Shown: positions 49,548-59,887 of the stretch, piece by piece
Numbering within the stretch: the stretch's first letter is position 1
Layout: each line of letters starts with the position of its first letter
Assembly: GCA_048885865.1 (NCBI GenBank)
Contig: JBHLLF010000001.1
Span: 64,001 to 128,000, forward strand
Length of the DNA stretch: 64,000 nucleotides
Direction of reading: 5' to 3'
Origin: Candidatus Hermodarchaeota archaeon
GTDB taxonomy: Archaea; Asgardarchaeota; Thorarchaeia; Thorarchaeales; Thorarchaeaceae
Made by a program: the position numbers and the translations under genes
The notes under the pieces: model-generated
Told to the model about the DNA's origin: nothing
What the model saw: only the letters and a program-made list of their open reading frames with translations
Databases searched by the model: none

Positions 49548-50600
49548 TCAGGAGTCCGTTGGATTCAGGGATGAAATCACATTGATTGAATAGATGATGG
49601 CTGAGGTTCCATTGATTGGCACATAGCCAACGCCGGAGATGAATGTCTGCCCCCTAGTAAGAACCCAATTCATAAACACTAAGACATGCCAAGCAACATT
49701 GTCCTCGTGAATCATGTAATAGAGGAGTCGTGCAATTGGGTAGGCTCCTTCTAGATTTGAGTTCATTAGATTCGCTCCTGGATCCGACAATACGGATGGT
49801 AGAGCCTTCAGTGCATTCTCAAGAGAGGGCTCGATATATTCATCGATTGATGGATTGTACAAATATGCTGGAATCAGCCCCTCCATAAATGCTAGGCCAA
49901 CATAGCCAATTCCTTGAGCGTCGCTTAAAACTCCTGCCGCAACCCCGGGATTCCCATCAACGGAGCTTATCTCTGGGGCCCACGACAATGTTTCACCATG
50001 TCCCAATCTCCAAGTGTAGTTTCCAAATGGGTTGGCAGTTTCATCAGAGGTTTCAAGCCATTTGGCGAAGGTGGCTGTTGTTCCACTAGCATCTGAACGG
50101 ACATATACATTGATGGATCCAGTTTGCTCGACGGCGACTCCGAAGGTAGATTCCAGCTCCTCCCATGTAGAGATGTTTCTCTGGAAGATTGCGACAGCCA
50201 TATCACAGTCGAGCTTGAATGAAGAGCCGTTGACTTCTGGATTGACAACAACACCCAAAGCATCTGCTGACACTGGGACTATCTTTACACCTGGATTTGT
50301 CATTATATAGTCTTCATCGGGGTATGAGCTTGTTGCTCCTATATCGATCAATTGCTGGGCAATTTGGGATTGACCCAGACCGGAACCCCCCGTGCTTGGG
50401 TTTACAACAAAGGCAGGGTAGTCAAATTGGAAGCGAGTCGCCCACTCTTGGGAGAGAGTGAACACCGTCGTCGAGCCAGCAGTAGTAACAGTAAACGGTC
50501 CTCCCGCAAAATCACCAGGCGGAGTCAAGATTAAAACGAACCCAAATGCAATGAGCATGCCGAATGCAAACACCACTAGTTGTCTTTTAATGCTGGCCAT
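49548..50600 (-). CDS. pstS: Phosphate ABC substrate-binding protein
   Basis: AGSTT, GGSG.G, RSDASGT, IGYV, YPIAR. Confidence 0.9.
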   Translation of the reverse strand: MASIKRQLVVFAFGMLIAFGFVLILTPPGDFAGGPFTVTTAGSTTVFTLSQEWATRFQFDYPAFVVNPSTGGSGLGQSQIAQQLIDIGATSSYPDEDYIMTNPGVKIVPVSADALGVVVNPEVNGSSFKLDCDMAVAIFQRNISTWEELESTFGVAVEQTGSINVYVRSDASGTTATFAKWLETSDETANPFGNYTWRLGHGETLSWAPEISSVDGNPGVAAGVLSDAQGIGYVGLAFMEGLIPAYLYNPSIDEYIEPSLENALKALPSVLSDPGANLMNSNLEGAYPIARLLYYMIHEDNVAWHVLVFMNWVLTRGQTFISGVGYVPINGTSAIIYSINVISSLNPTDS

Positions 50601-50758
50601 TCCTTACTTCTCCTTTCTCAAGTATGTCGGCGAGGTCTAACCATAATAAGCAATACGTATCAGTACATCAGCACATCTATCTTGTAGAGAACTTTTGGAA
50701 CTTAGATGCGAATTTGAATACTTTGTAGGTTTATATACCAGATACACACGATGCGTGT

Positions 50759-52366
50759 ATGCAAGTGGCGGAGATTGCCTTCAATATTATTGGTGGACTT
50801 GCTCTCTTTATGTTTGCCATCACAATGTTGAGGGAGACCTTGGGGAAACTGTCGGGGGCGCGTGTTGTCAGAATCCTAGAACGAGTTAGTAGTAATCCGA
50901 TAAATGGAATGGCCGCTGGGACCGCCACTACATTCATGACGCAGAGCTCAAGCATCACAGTACTAACTCTGATTGGCTTTGTTAATGCGGGCATGATGAC
51001 ATTCAGGCAATCAGTCAATATCATGTTAGGGTCAGAGATTGGCACCACGGTGACAGCACAGCTTGTTTCCTTCGACATAGGATTGGCGTTTTGGCCACTT
51101 GTAGCCATTGGTTTCTTTATGAGTTTCTTCTTTAAGAATGAAAAAGTCAAACTCACAGGAAAGGTGATCTTCAGTCTGGGTCTGCTCTTCCTTGCAATGG
51201 ACTTCATGAAACAGGGAGCAAGACCCCTAACAACTGACTACCCCTTTTTTAGGGACCTTATCAATGACTACGGAGCTATTCCCCTTTATGGGATTCTGAT
51301 TGGTGCTCTGATTGCGGGAATTACGCAGAGCAGTTCAGCAACGACAAGTCTTGTTATTGCAATGGGTGCTGCAGGAGTCATAGATTTGGGGCCAGGAATC
51401 GCCCTTGTGATGGGAGCCAACATTGGCACTTGCTTTCTTGAGTTGTTCGCCGCTATTGGCGCCACTACTCCAGCAAAAAGAACTGCTATTGCTCAGACAT
51501 TGATTAATGTCATTGGGGTTGCGATTTTCCTTCCCATCCTGGCACCTTTTACTGTTCTAACGCAAGCTACTGCGGCGGAGCTACCGAGGCAGCTCGCCAA
51601 CGCGCATACGATATTCAATGTAATAGTGAGCTTCATCTTTGTGCCTCTTGTAGGCGGCTTGGTAAAACTGTGTGAGCGCCTCATACCTGACAAGGAAGGC
51701 GAGATTATTGGTCGCTACCATTTTGATGACCAAATGTTGAATATGCCCCAAGCAGCATTAATCGAAGCAGAACGTGAGATTATTCGCACTGCCGAATTGA
51801 CTATGCAAATGATTCAACGAAGTAAAGAGGCACTTCTTCACGGTCAAACCGACGAAGGTGATAGAGTCATGCTTCTGGAAGACGAGGTAGATGACAGGTG
51901 TAGGACTACCGAAGAATTCATCGACAAGATTCGAGAGGAGGAATTAGGCCAGTTTGACATCATTTGGCGCATGAAGCTTCTTGCAGTTTTAACTGATGTT
52001 GAGCGTGTTGGAGATCTCTCTCAGAACCTTGCAGAATTCGCACTTCATCGTTTTAGGAATGGTGTGACTTTCTCAGATGCAGCTATCAATGATCTCTCAA
52101 AAATGTTTGAAATGGTTGAAGAAACCTACGCCACTTCAATAGAAGCTCTGCGAACCCGAAACAAAGATCTAGCAAGAGTAGCTGTACACATGGAAGACGA
52201 AGTTGATGTTTTCGAGCGACAAATCCGCGAAGCCCATATCCAACGCCTTAGAGATGGCATATGTGTTGCGGAAGCGGACACGGTATTCGTGGAGTCTATC
52301 AGGAACCTTGAGAGAATAAGTGATCATGCAGACAACATTGCTCTAGATGTCATCATGGAGCACTAG
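50759..52366 (+). CDS. Na+/phosphate cotransporter (NptA-like) with C-terminal PhoU domains
   Basis: Two QSSS repeats, GANIGT, ERVGD, ERISDH. Confidence 0.92.
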   Translation: MQVAEIAFNIIGGLALFMFAITMLRETLGKLSGARVVRILERVSSNPINGMAAGTATTFMTQSSSITVLTLIGFVNAGMMTFRQSVNIMLGSEIGTTVTAQLVSFDIGLAFWPLVAIGFFMSFFFKNEKVKLTGKVIFSLGLLFLAMDFMKQGARPLTTDYPFFRDLINDYGAIPLYGILIGALIAGITQSSSATTSLVIAMGAAGVIDLGPGIALVMGANIGTCFLELFAAIGATTPAKRTAIAQTLINVIGVAIFLPILAPFTVLTQATAAELPRQLANAHTIFNVIVSFIFVPLVGGLVKLCERLIPDKEGEIIGRYHFDDQMLNMPQAALIEAEREIIRTAELTMQMIQRSKEALLHGQTDEGDRVMLLEDEVDDRCRTTEEFIDKIREEELGQFDIIWRMKLLAVLTDVERVGDLSQNLAEFALHRFRNGVTFSDAAINDLSKMFEMVEETYATSIEALRTRNKDLARVAVHMEDEVDVFERQIREAHIQRLRDGICVAEADTVFVESIRNLERISDHADNIALDVIMEH

Positions 52367-52443
52367 ACCAAGCCTAGATGTGCAAGAGTTTATGATGACA
52401 TCCTGCAGAACTAACATAGTTATCCCAAATGGGAGACTGACGA

Positions 52444-53283
52444 ATGGCAGGAAAGAAGCTTAACGATCTGGATGGCAAGGAGTGGGTCAAGAGCACAAAG
52501 TCGTGGTTTGTTGTCAATCCCCGCTCCAGAAGCAGAAATCAGTTGACTCATCCAGCAAAGTTTCCAGAAGAGCTTGTAGTCCGTTTTGTGGAATATTTCA
52601 CGAGAGCGGGCGGCTGGGTCATTGATCCTTTTGCTGGAGTAGCAAGTACCATGGTAGCATGCAAGGCATTAGACCGCAGTTCGGTTGGAGTAGAGCTCAA
52701 TCCTGAGTTTGCCGAAATCGGACAACAAGAATTGAAGTCAACCTCTGGGTCTGGAAATCATCATATCCTAACAGGGGACTCAATGGACATCGCGGCTATT
52801 TTGGAAACACACTTCGGCGATGAGGTTCCAGAGTTTGATTACTTAATCACCTCGCCACCATACTACAACATGCTCAGGAAATCGAGAGGTGGAAATGAAA
52901 CTGTTCACAAAGAGAGGGGTGAGAAGGGGTTGAAGCAGCATTACAGCAGCTCCTCCTCTGACCTGGGCAACATAGAATCCTATGATGAGTATTTGGAAAA
53001 TGTTGGCATAGTCATTGATGCAGTGTACCCCTATTTGCGAAATGGAGCATATATGACAGTTATTGTTCAAAACATGCGAGATGAGGGGAACCTCTTTCGA
53101 CCCATTGCTTGGGATCTGGCAAGACGTTTCTCTGAGGTTTATGAATTGCGGCAGGAACAAGTCTGGTGTCAGGACAACAAGCGGCTAGGATGCTGGGGCT
53201 TTCCCTCTACATATGTTTCGAATGTGCACCACCATTACTGTCTGATTCTCCAGAAACAGGTTGCGAATGATGACTTATCTTAA
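52444..53283 (+). CDS. Orphan amino-DNA methyltransferase (N4-C/N6-A type)
   Basis: HPAKFP, DPFAG, ITSPPY. Confidence 0.83.
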   Translation: MAGKKLNDLDGKEWVKSTKSWFVVNPRSRSRNQLTHPAKFPEELVVRFVEYFTRAGGWVIDPFAGVASTMVACKALDRSSVGVELNPEFAEIGQQELKSTSGSGNHHILTGDSMDIAAILETHFGDEVPEFDYLITSPPYYNMLRKSRGGNETVHKERGEKGLKQHYSSSSSDLGNIESYDEYLENVGIVIDAVYPYLRNGAYMTVIVQNMRDEGNLFRPIAWDLARRFSEVYELRQEQVWCQDNKRLGCWGFPSTYVSNVHHHYCLILQKQVANDDLS

Positions 53284-53337
53284 CCAAGCCTACATGAAAT
53301 CCGTCGCCCTAAACCAGTCATTTCAGATCCAATAGTG

Positions 53338-55035
53338 CTAGCCAGGGTTGCAGAAATGGTATCCGTGGAAGTCATCGTCAGCATCCATGACGATTGTTTC
53401 CTCCGTTGAGCATACCTCAATAAGACCCTCATCACCATCAAATGGTAGGGTGGTGTTAGCAACAACCAACACCTCGAAAGTATATTCACTCAACAATATT
53501 GGCTCAGCGGAACTCGCGCTTTCTTCTGGGGAATATAGAAGATTCATGACAATGAGTAATTTGCCGCCAACTGGGAGCCAAGGAACAAAGAGTTTGCTAT
53601 CATCAAAAGTGATTTCCAAATCATCCATGAAGTTGTATGTGCCTGCCTGAATGAATGGATTGCAGCTGGCGATGAAGAGAAATACGGGTCTTGGCCAATG
53701 TCCCGGTTCCTTAAGCCAGACTGAAAGATGACGTATGCTGAAGTCCATAGGTATATCGAGGTTCATCTCCAGCTCACAGATATCTAGAGGCCAATTGTTC
53801 TCCAACGTAACAGTGAACATGATTCTATCTGGCCAGAAACGAGACCTGTAGATTGATGAATCGAGATTCAGGCTTGCTAATACGACCTCGATAGTGTGCG
53901 GCTCTTCAATATTCTCAAACTCATCTATGCTATAAAATGAAACATTTCTTAGGCCGTTTTGGCGAGAGAGATAGAATGGCTCAGCGTATTCGAGCCAAGG
54001 TCCTCCATCGATGCAATACATAGTCGTGATATCTGACGCATGTTCGCTTGAAGCTATGAGATTGAACTCTGTATTTGATGTGACAAATGTTGTACCGCTC
54101 ATATCAACGTAGTGCGTTCCCATATCCAGTGTGGTTACTGGAGGCGCTGTCGGTGTTGGTGGCGGGGCTGGTGGCATTATAGATTCATAGATTTCAATTG
54201 TGAAGTTCCAAACAGTGCTCCAATCACTGGGATTTCCGGCGATATCGAAAGCTTGGCATCTCCAGAAGTATGTTCCCTCTTCGAGATTGTTGATAGTCAA
54301 GTTTAGAGTGGAGGCAGGTACAGTTTCATGAAGGAAAAGGGTATCTGCCGAGAAGATGCTTGAGTTATAGACTTCGATAACTGATGACTGTATGCCACTG
54401 ATATCTGATGGCACCTTCCATTCCAGAGTGACTTTACCCTGATCAAATTCCATTCCGTCCAGAGGCGCAATCAATGAAGGTTGCCCTTCATATAATGTGT
54501 CGATACGAAATGTCCAAGCCGCGCTGAATTCTCCAAGACTGCCATTGAGAGTCCTCACCGCCCAGGAGTAATCACCATCAGTTTCGCCTGGTATTCCTGA
54601 TGCTGAGTTCAACCAAATCTGGAATGAAGTGGCAGCTACTGGGATATAGATTGGTTCAGCCATGCCTGGCATCACGAGCATTAGCTCATATCCCTGAGCG
54701 TCTGCAACAGGTTCCCACTCAAAGATAACTGGTCCTGCATCAATTTGACTCCGCCCAAAAATCTCACCATTAGCTGGTGCGATAAGTCCTGGTGGTGGAA
54801 GTTCAGATACTATCATTTGTGTAGGGAGTTTTGATGGAAACAACTCTGAGGATTTGTCCGTCACCATTTCAGCTACATTCCCCGAGGATACAGCGGTACT
54901 CAGGACAAGTAGAAATGCACATGATAATAATAGGAATATCAACCGATCTCGGCTCTGCAGCTTTTTCCTCTCCCTCAAGCGAAGCCTACTGGTGGTGAAT
55001 CTGCTATCTGACGCACACGCGGTGGTCCAACGCAT
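53338..55035 (-). CDS. Secreted multi-Ig/FN3-like cell-surface protein
   Basis: Signal-like hydrophobic stretch, two P.LIAP..G...W...Y.W...W.F units, YCIDGG.W..Y domain; start uncertain. Confidence 0.75.
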   Translation of the reverse strand: MRWTTACASDSRFTTSRLRLRERKKLQSRDRLIFLLLSCAFLLVLSTAVSSGNVAEMVTDKSSELFPSKLPTQMIVSELPPPGLIAPANGEIFGRSQIDAGPVIFEWEPVADAQGYELMLVMPGMAEPIYIPVAATSFQIWLNSASGIPGETDGDYSWAVRTLNGSLGEFSAAWTFRIDTLYEGQPSLIAPLDGMEFDQGKVTLEWKVPSDISGIQSSVIEVYNSSIFSADTLFLHETVPASTLNLTINNLEEGTYFWRCQAFDIAGNPSDWSTVWNFTIEIYESIMPPAPPPTPTAPPVTTLDMGTHYVDMSGTTFVTSNTEFNLIASSEHASDITTMYCIDGGPWLEYAEPFYLSRQNGLRNVSFYSIDEFENIEEPHTIEVVLASLNLDSSIYRSRFWPDRIMFTVTLENNWPLDICELEMNLDIPMDFSIRHLSVWLKEPGHWPRPVFLFIASCNPFIQAGTYNFMDDLEITFDDSKLFVPWLPVGGKLLIVMNLLYSPEESASSAEPILLSEYTFEVLVVANTTLPFDGDEGLIEVCSTEETIVMDADDDFHGYHFCNPG

Positions 55036-55148
55036 CCCCTTGACCCGTTTTAAGGTTTATAACAAAAACAATCGTTTCAATTTTTGCGGAATTCCTTACG
55101 AAAAATGAGGCGGATGGTTCATAAAGAAGGCACTTCTGCGAAGAATCC

Positions 55149-56021
55149 ATGCCTGAAAAAATCCGAGCTCTCAAAATATCAGATCATCGGGCAGTCAATG
55201 AACTATGTATGGGAATATGGGGAGGCCGAGACTATGTTCCCGATAGATTTCCGAAATGGATTGATAATAGTTTCAACTATCCGTTTGGAATCTTTGATGG
55301 AGCTGTTCTTCAGGCAATAGGCAATCTCGAAATCAAATCTGCCAATAAGACTGGATGGATCAAGGGGCTAAGAGTGAGAGAATCTGCAAGAAGAAGGGGA
55401 CTTGCATCCAAAATTGTCAATCAGATGATTTTGCAAGCCAAGCAAATCGGAATGGAAACCTTGCGGTATGCAACCAGCTCCAGAAATATAGCTTCAATGA
55501 AGGTAGCAGAGAGTCTTGGATTTGCAGTCACAAATGATGTCCGTTACTTTAGGCTCGAGCCACCTTTTCCTCCTCATCCAAGTCCAAGCCCGAGCATAAT
55601 ACCTCTCGCAATCCTTCCTAAGCGATTGCATGAGATTCTTGAAACTACCGACCTAGTCCAAGGCGAAACATTCCCAATACGGTGGGAGTTTCACAATAAA
55701 GACATCAATAGCCTAGAAGCAATCCTCGAACGCGAGATTGCTCAAGTTGTCTTTGGTGACACTGGCAAGGCGGAATCCCTGACTTTCGTCTATACCTTCG
55801 AGAGAGATGACCAGAAGACTACAGCCTTCTCCATTTATTCAACGAATCGAACTGTGTTTGTTGATATATTTTCAAGAGCTCTGGACTATCTCGAAGCTAC
55901 AAAGACTGATCGAGCGGTGTTCTTCCTCGGGCCCAGAGTTGAAACATGGGTTGAATACATTATTGAAATCCCAGAGGAATTTGCTGGGCGTCGATTCATT
56001 CTTTACGAGAAGAATCTATAG
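55149..56021 (+). CDS. GNAT acetyltransferase
   Basis: GLRV...ARRRGLAS, N..S..VAESLGF. Confidence 0.85.
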   Translation: MPEKIRALKISDHRAVNELCMGIWGGRDYVPDRFPKWIDNSFNYPFGIFDGAVLQAIGNLEIKSANKTGWIKGLRVRESARRRGLASKIVNQMILQAKQIGMETLRYATSSRNIASMKVAESLGFAVTNDVRYFRLEPPFPPHPSPSPSIIPLAILPKRLHEILETTDLVQGETFPIRWEFHNKDINSLEAILEREIAQVVFGDTGKAESLTFVYTFERDDQKTTAFSIYSTNRTVFVDIFSRALDYLEATKTDRAVFFLGPRVETWVEYIIEIPEEFAGRRFILYEKNL

Positions 56022-56043
56022 ATTGGATAAATTCAATAAAACT

Positions 56044-56073
56044 AGGGATAGGCTGAGAGATCAGCCTATTCCT
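56044..56073. terminator. 13-bp GAGA-tetraloop hairpin between convergent genes
   Basis: AGGGATAGGCTGA-GAGA-TCAGCCTATTCCT. Confidence 0.6.
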
Positions 56074-56089
56074 CAATAAATCGTTGTTT

Positions 56090-56449
56090 CTAGGTGAAAT
56101 GCTGACTAGTGGTGGGAAGTATATAGTATACGATCGTGATGGCGGTTAGCCCAACGCCTGCCCAGTTCGCACCATATGCATACAGCAGAGCTCCGGCAAT
56201 AAGGAATACCACCGCAAGCGTCCAAGACATCCTATCCTGCTTCAATATCTGGAAATACAGGAATATTGCTATCACGCCGAGAATGATACCTGCTCCAGAA
56301 GCAACATCCTCCCATACAGCAAATCCCAGTCCGCCAACAATAATTCCCGTAATAGCATTAAGGATCATTAGAAAGCCTGCAATAGTGACCTCTCTGGGTC
56401 TTTCACCTCCCCGAATGCCACTATCATCAGCCATTGGTATTTCGGTCAT
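56090..56449 (-). CDS. Small 4-TM membrane protein
   Basis: RP..VT motif followed by hydrophobic helices. Confidence 0.72.
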   Translation of the reverse strand: MTEIPMADDSGIRGGERPREVTIAGFLMILNAITGIIVGGLGFAVWEDVASGAGIILGVIAIFLYFQILKQDRMSWTLAVVFLIAGALLYAYGANWAGVGLTAITIVYYILPTTSQHFT

Positions 56450-56504
56450 AGCGCAAGAGCTTGATTTCGTGACACTTTATTCTTTCGAAACGCACTAATT
56501 AGGA

Positions 56505-56978
56505 CTAGTCAGGGTCCTCTTCGTACTCTTCTAGCACAGACCAGTGTGGCGCATATGTGATGGGTTCGAGGTCTCTCTGCTGCAATTCAAGCTCTTCGAC
56601 TTCCGCAACTCTTTTCCGCAAGGTGTACGACTTGGCACCCTCCCACCAAAGATATGCACTAAGGTCCTTCGAGAACTCGCCTTGATACCTTCCGCATGTC
56701 CCCCCACAGAACACCCTGTCCTCTCTTATCTCGAGTGTACCCTCGCACCACTTGCAGACCGCTTCCCTACCATGGGCATGAATACGTCCGTCCATTACTT
56801 GCACGAGAAGAACAGTACCATCAAAGTTGCAGACGCCCCACTCTTTCTTCTTGATGACAGTTTTCCCCCAGATCTCTCCTGTGGGAACTCGGAGCTTTTC
56901 TGACGAGTCCTGTTTCTTCTTTTTGTCCTTGCTGGACTCATCAAAGTCGGTCAGCCGCGTCTGCACAGTACGTCTCAT
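56505..56978 (-). CDS. Hypothetical zinc-finger protein with N-terminal PIP-box-like motif
   Basis: QTRLTDF, Lys-rich linker, CKWC...CGGTC. Confidence 0.7.
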   Translation of the reverse strand: MRRTVQTRLTDFDESSKDKKKKQDSSEKLRVPTGEIWGKTVIKKKEWGVCNFDGTVLLVQVMDGRIHAHGREAVCKWCEGTLEIREDRVFCGGTCGRYQGEFSKDLSAYLWWEGAKSYTLRKRVAEVEELELQQRDLEPITYAPHWSVLEEYEEDPD

Positions 56979-57026
56979 GATTCAATGTGCCGATGTGTTG
57001 CTGATAAACACGTACATCACAGGTGT

Positions 57027-57992
57027 CTATCCTGAGAGCTCTTCCAGAAGGCCCATCATCCATTCATCATAGGGCTTATTCTTTGACCATGTTTCTTCGA
57101 AGGGAGTCATTATGAGTTCACCATTGACCTCTCCAACCATCCCCCTGTGCTTCCCTCCCAGAAGGCATTCGATTGCGAAGGCTCCAAGACGGGTGGCAAG
57201 GATTCTGTCAAAATGAGTAGGATTTCCTCCTCTTTGGATATAGCCTAATACGGAAACTCTGCACTTCTCGCCAATCCTCTTTGAGAGTTCCTCGCCAATA
57301 ACAGTCGCATTGCCAAGCTCGTCGCCCTCTGCAACCACAACTAACACACTTGATTTTGCCTTTTCGCGCGCCTCAATCACTCTCTTCGCAAGTTCTTCAA
57401 TCTTGGTTGGAGTTTCTGGGATGACAATTGCTGATGCTCCTGTGGCAATACCTACATGAACTGCAATGAACCCATGATTGCGCCCCATAACCTCAACTAG
57501 GAAGATGCGAGAAAAGGCTTCGGCAGTATCGCGTATTTTGTCTAATGCCTCTAGTGCATTATTGACAGCTGTATCAAAGCCTATTGTATAGTCAGAACCA
57601 TAGAGGTCGTTGTCAATGGTTCCCGGCAATCCTATCAAGCGACCATTCCAATGTCTGCTGAGTGCAGCTAGACCACGCATAGTCCCATCGCCCCCTATGG
57701 CGACTAACGCATCGATTCCCTTGTCCTCTAACACCTTTGCAGCTTTCTTCTGACCTTCTTCAGTTTTGAATTCTTCAGACCTGCCAGTAGTTAGCATTGT
57801 TCCTCCACGGTGTAGAATTCTTGATACTGATCTCGAATTGAGTTCATGTATCTGATTGGTGAGAATTCCGTGAAATCCTCCGAATATCCCGTATATCTGA
57901 CAGTCACGACTGATACCAACTCTAGTTATGGCCCTGATGGCTGCATTCATTCCAGGACCATCGCCACCACTAGTGAGAACTCCAATTTTCAT
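57027..57992 (-). CDS. pfkA: ATP-dependent 6-phosphofructokinase (PfkA family)
   Basis: TSGGD.PGMN, GGDGT, PGTIDND, EVMGR, LGYIQRGG. Confidence 0.94.
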   Translation of the reverse strand: MKIGVLTSGGDGPGMNAAIRAITRVGISRDCQIYGIFGGFHGILTNQIHELNSRSVSRILHRGGTMLTTGRSEEFKTEEGQKKAAKVLEDKGIDALVAIGGDGTMRGLAALSRHWNGRLIGLPGTIDNDLYGSDYTIGFDTAVNNALEALDKIRDTAEAFSRIFLVEVMGRNHGFIAVHVGIATGASAIVIPETPTKIEELAKRVIEAREKAKSSVLVVVAEGDELGNATVIGEELSKRIGEKCRVSVLGYIQRGGNPTHFDRILATRLGAFAIECLLGGKHRGMVGEVNGELIMTPFEETWSKNKPYDEWMMGLLEELSG

Positions 57993-58033
57993 AGGTTCTG
58001 GATAGCTTCATGAAGATAAAAAGAATAGCAGCA

Positions 58034-58522
58034 TTAGGAAACCGCAGCGCGTTCTCGAAAGAACATTAGATAGTCAGTTCCTGGCACATCTTTGCCAAGT
58101 ATCCTCAGCGCTGAGGCGAGCTGCCCTCTGTGGTGGGTTGTGTGTAAAATATATTGCATGAAGAAATCCATCGCTTGAATTTCAAATGGCTCATCTGATA
58201 TATGCGGGACCTCGATGGTACCCTGTGGTATTTCCCTAACAACCTCAGCGAGACGCGAATCCAATTCGTTCCACTTGGAAATCAACTCGAGTTTCGAAGA
58301 CTGAGATACCCACTTGTAGATACTATCATCCCATTTGTCATCTGCAATACTGAAACAAGTGGCTAGAGCCATGACCATGTGCTCACATATTGAACGAACA
58401 CTTTGCTGACCGAGCACCTTCTTTGTGAATTCCTTCTCCTTCAGATGTTCAACAACCTCTCGCATCCTTTTTCCGGTCCACATATGATACTCAGCGAGTT
58501 GCTTGAAGGTCAGGCTAATCAC
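58034..58522 (-). CDS. DinB family protein
   Basis: SVRSICEH, H..HHRGQ motifs; start GTG 58522 or CTG 58513. Confidence 0.85.
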   Translation of the reverse strand: MISLTFKQLAEYHMWTGKRMREVVEHLKEKEFTKKVLGQQSVRSICEHMVMALATCFSIADDKWDDSIYKWVSQSSKLELISKWNELDSRLAEVVREIPQGTIEVPHISDEPFEIQAMDFFMQYILHTTHHRGQLASALRILGKDVPGTDYLMFFRERAAVS

Positions 58523-58756
58523 TCCAAAGGAGAATGTGAATACCATAAACACTTCAGGTTTATCTTTCCTTTGCACTGACTCATTTGATTCTATTAAGCA
58601 CATCAACTATTGATGCCTTCTTCAGGGAATTTTCACTTCCCGCCCCATTTTCTTCTGAGTTCTTCTCTGACAAGGAATATGCTCTCTAGCTGAATTTGCA
58701 ACTTTCCCGACTCATAATTCCACTGAGAGCATATATCAATGCCACGAAACTTTGTG

Positions 58757-59725
58757 TTAGACTACTCCTTTGAGTTTGAGAAACACCAGCAACGGAGTAG
58801 TGATGATGAGGCTCGCTAAAACCACCACCACAAATGCCAGCGGATTCTGTTCTAGGGGCAAGTCGACATTCATTCCGTAGATCGAAGCGATTAGTGTGGG
58901 AACGCTAACCAACAGCGAGATTGATGTCAGAGTCTTCATAACCCTATTCAAATTGTGCCCAACAATTGAATCGTATTGATCCATCGCATTGGAAATGAGC
59001 GTTCTATATATTGCGCTGAGTTCCATCTGTTGCTGCAGGTCAACTTCTAGCTCCTCAAGACGATCTTCATCAAGAACAAGCCTTCCAAAACTCTGTAACC
59101 TCTTCATCCGCCGTAGCACCTTCATGTTAGATTTCAGCGCTGCTTCCATGTAGATAGCATCTCTTGAGAGCTGGAAAAAGCGATCTAATTGCGAAGGATA
59201 TAGCTCTTTGAGGATTTGGTCTTCGGTATCATGAATTGTGGCTTCAATGATATCAAGCATAGTCTCGAAACTATGTATGACGATCTCCCAGGTGTTGTAA
59301 ATAACACCACTTACAGTAGTAGTACGACGTAAAACTCCTTTGAGTCGTCTTTTTCGCAGAGGAATATCCTCGTTTTGCACTATGATGATGTCACGCCCAT
59401 TAGTAAAAAGACCAATAGGACTTGTCGAATACTCCCTGTCTTCTCCTTCCAAGTCCACAGGCACGCGGAGTACGACCATGACGAATTTATCTTCAATCTG
59501 AAGTCTTGGACGTTCATCAAGGTCTTGTAGGTCTTGCAGGTCTTCCAAATCGACTTCGAATTTGACTGATAACTCGGCAAGAATGTCAGGCCAGAGTCCA
59601 ACTACTTGAATCAGCAGAGGTTCGTCTGGTGCGCTCCCTAAATCGGGATACTCGATCCCACTCTCTAGTGCAGTCACTGTAAGCTTGCTGGTCTCTGGTT
59701 TTTCCGCCGTCGTCATCGAGCTCAC
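58757..59725 (-). CDS. corA: CorA family Mg2+/Co2+ transporter
   Basis: ERPR, N.VMK.LT, YGMN signature, two C-terminal TMs. Confidence 0.9.
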   Translation of the reverse strand: MSSMTTAEKPETSKLTVTALESGIEYPDLGSAPDEPLLIQVVGLWPDILAELSVKFEVDLEDLQDLQDLDERPRLQIEDKFVMVVLRVPVDLEGEDREYSTSPIGLFTNGRDIIIVQNEDIPLRKRRLKGVLRRTTTVSGVIYNTWEIVIHSFETMLDIIEATIHDTEDQILKELYPSQLDRFFQLSRDAIYMEAALKSNMKVLRRMKRLQSFGRLVLDEDRLEELEVDLQQQMELSAIYRTLISNAMDQYDSIVGHNLNRVMKTLTSISLLVSVPTLIASIYGMNVDLPLEQNPLAFVVVVLASLIITTPLLVFLKLKGVV

Positions 59726-59887
59726 CTCTATCCATTTTGCTTCACCCCATTTTCTAGTGTGTGTGTTACGTATGAGTGGTTCGAGTCTCTTAGAATTTTA
59801 GGATGCAATAGGCTGATGCATCCTTAAGGAAGCCAGTAAGATTTTCCCGCTATCTCTTTTAGGGTTTTCCGCCAGAGTAGATAACAG

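Noticed and set aside
58580-58715. Possible decayed MoaD/ThiS-like gene on the minus strand
   Set aside because: It needs a stop read-through and a frameshift, has no C-terminal GG, and the similarity is too weak
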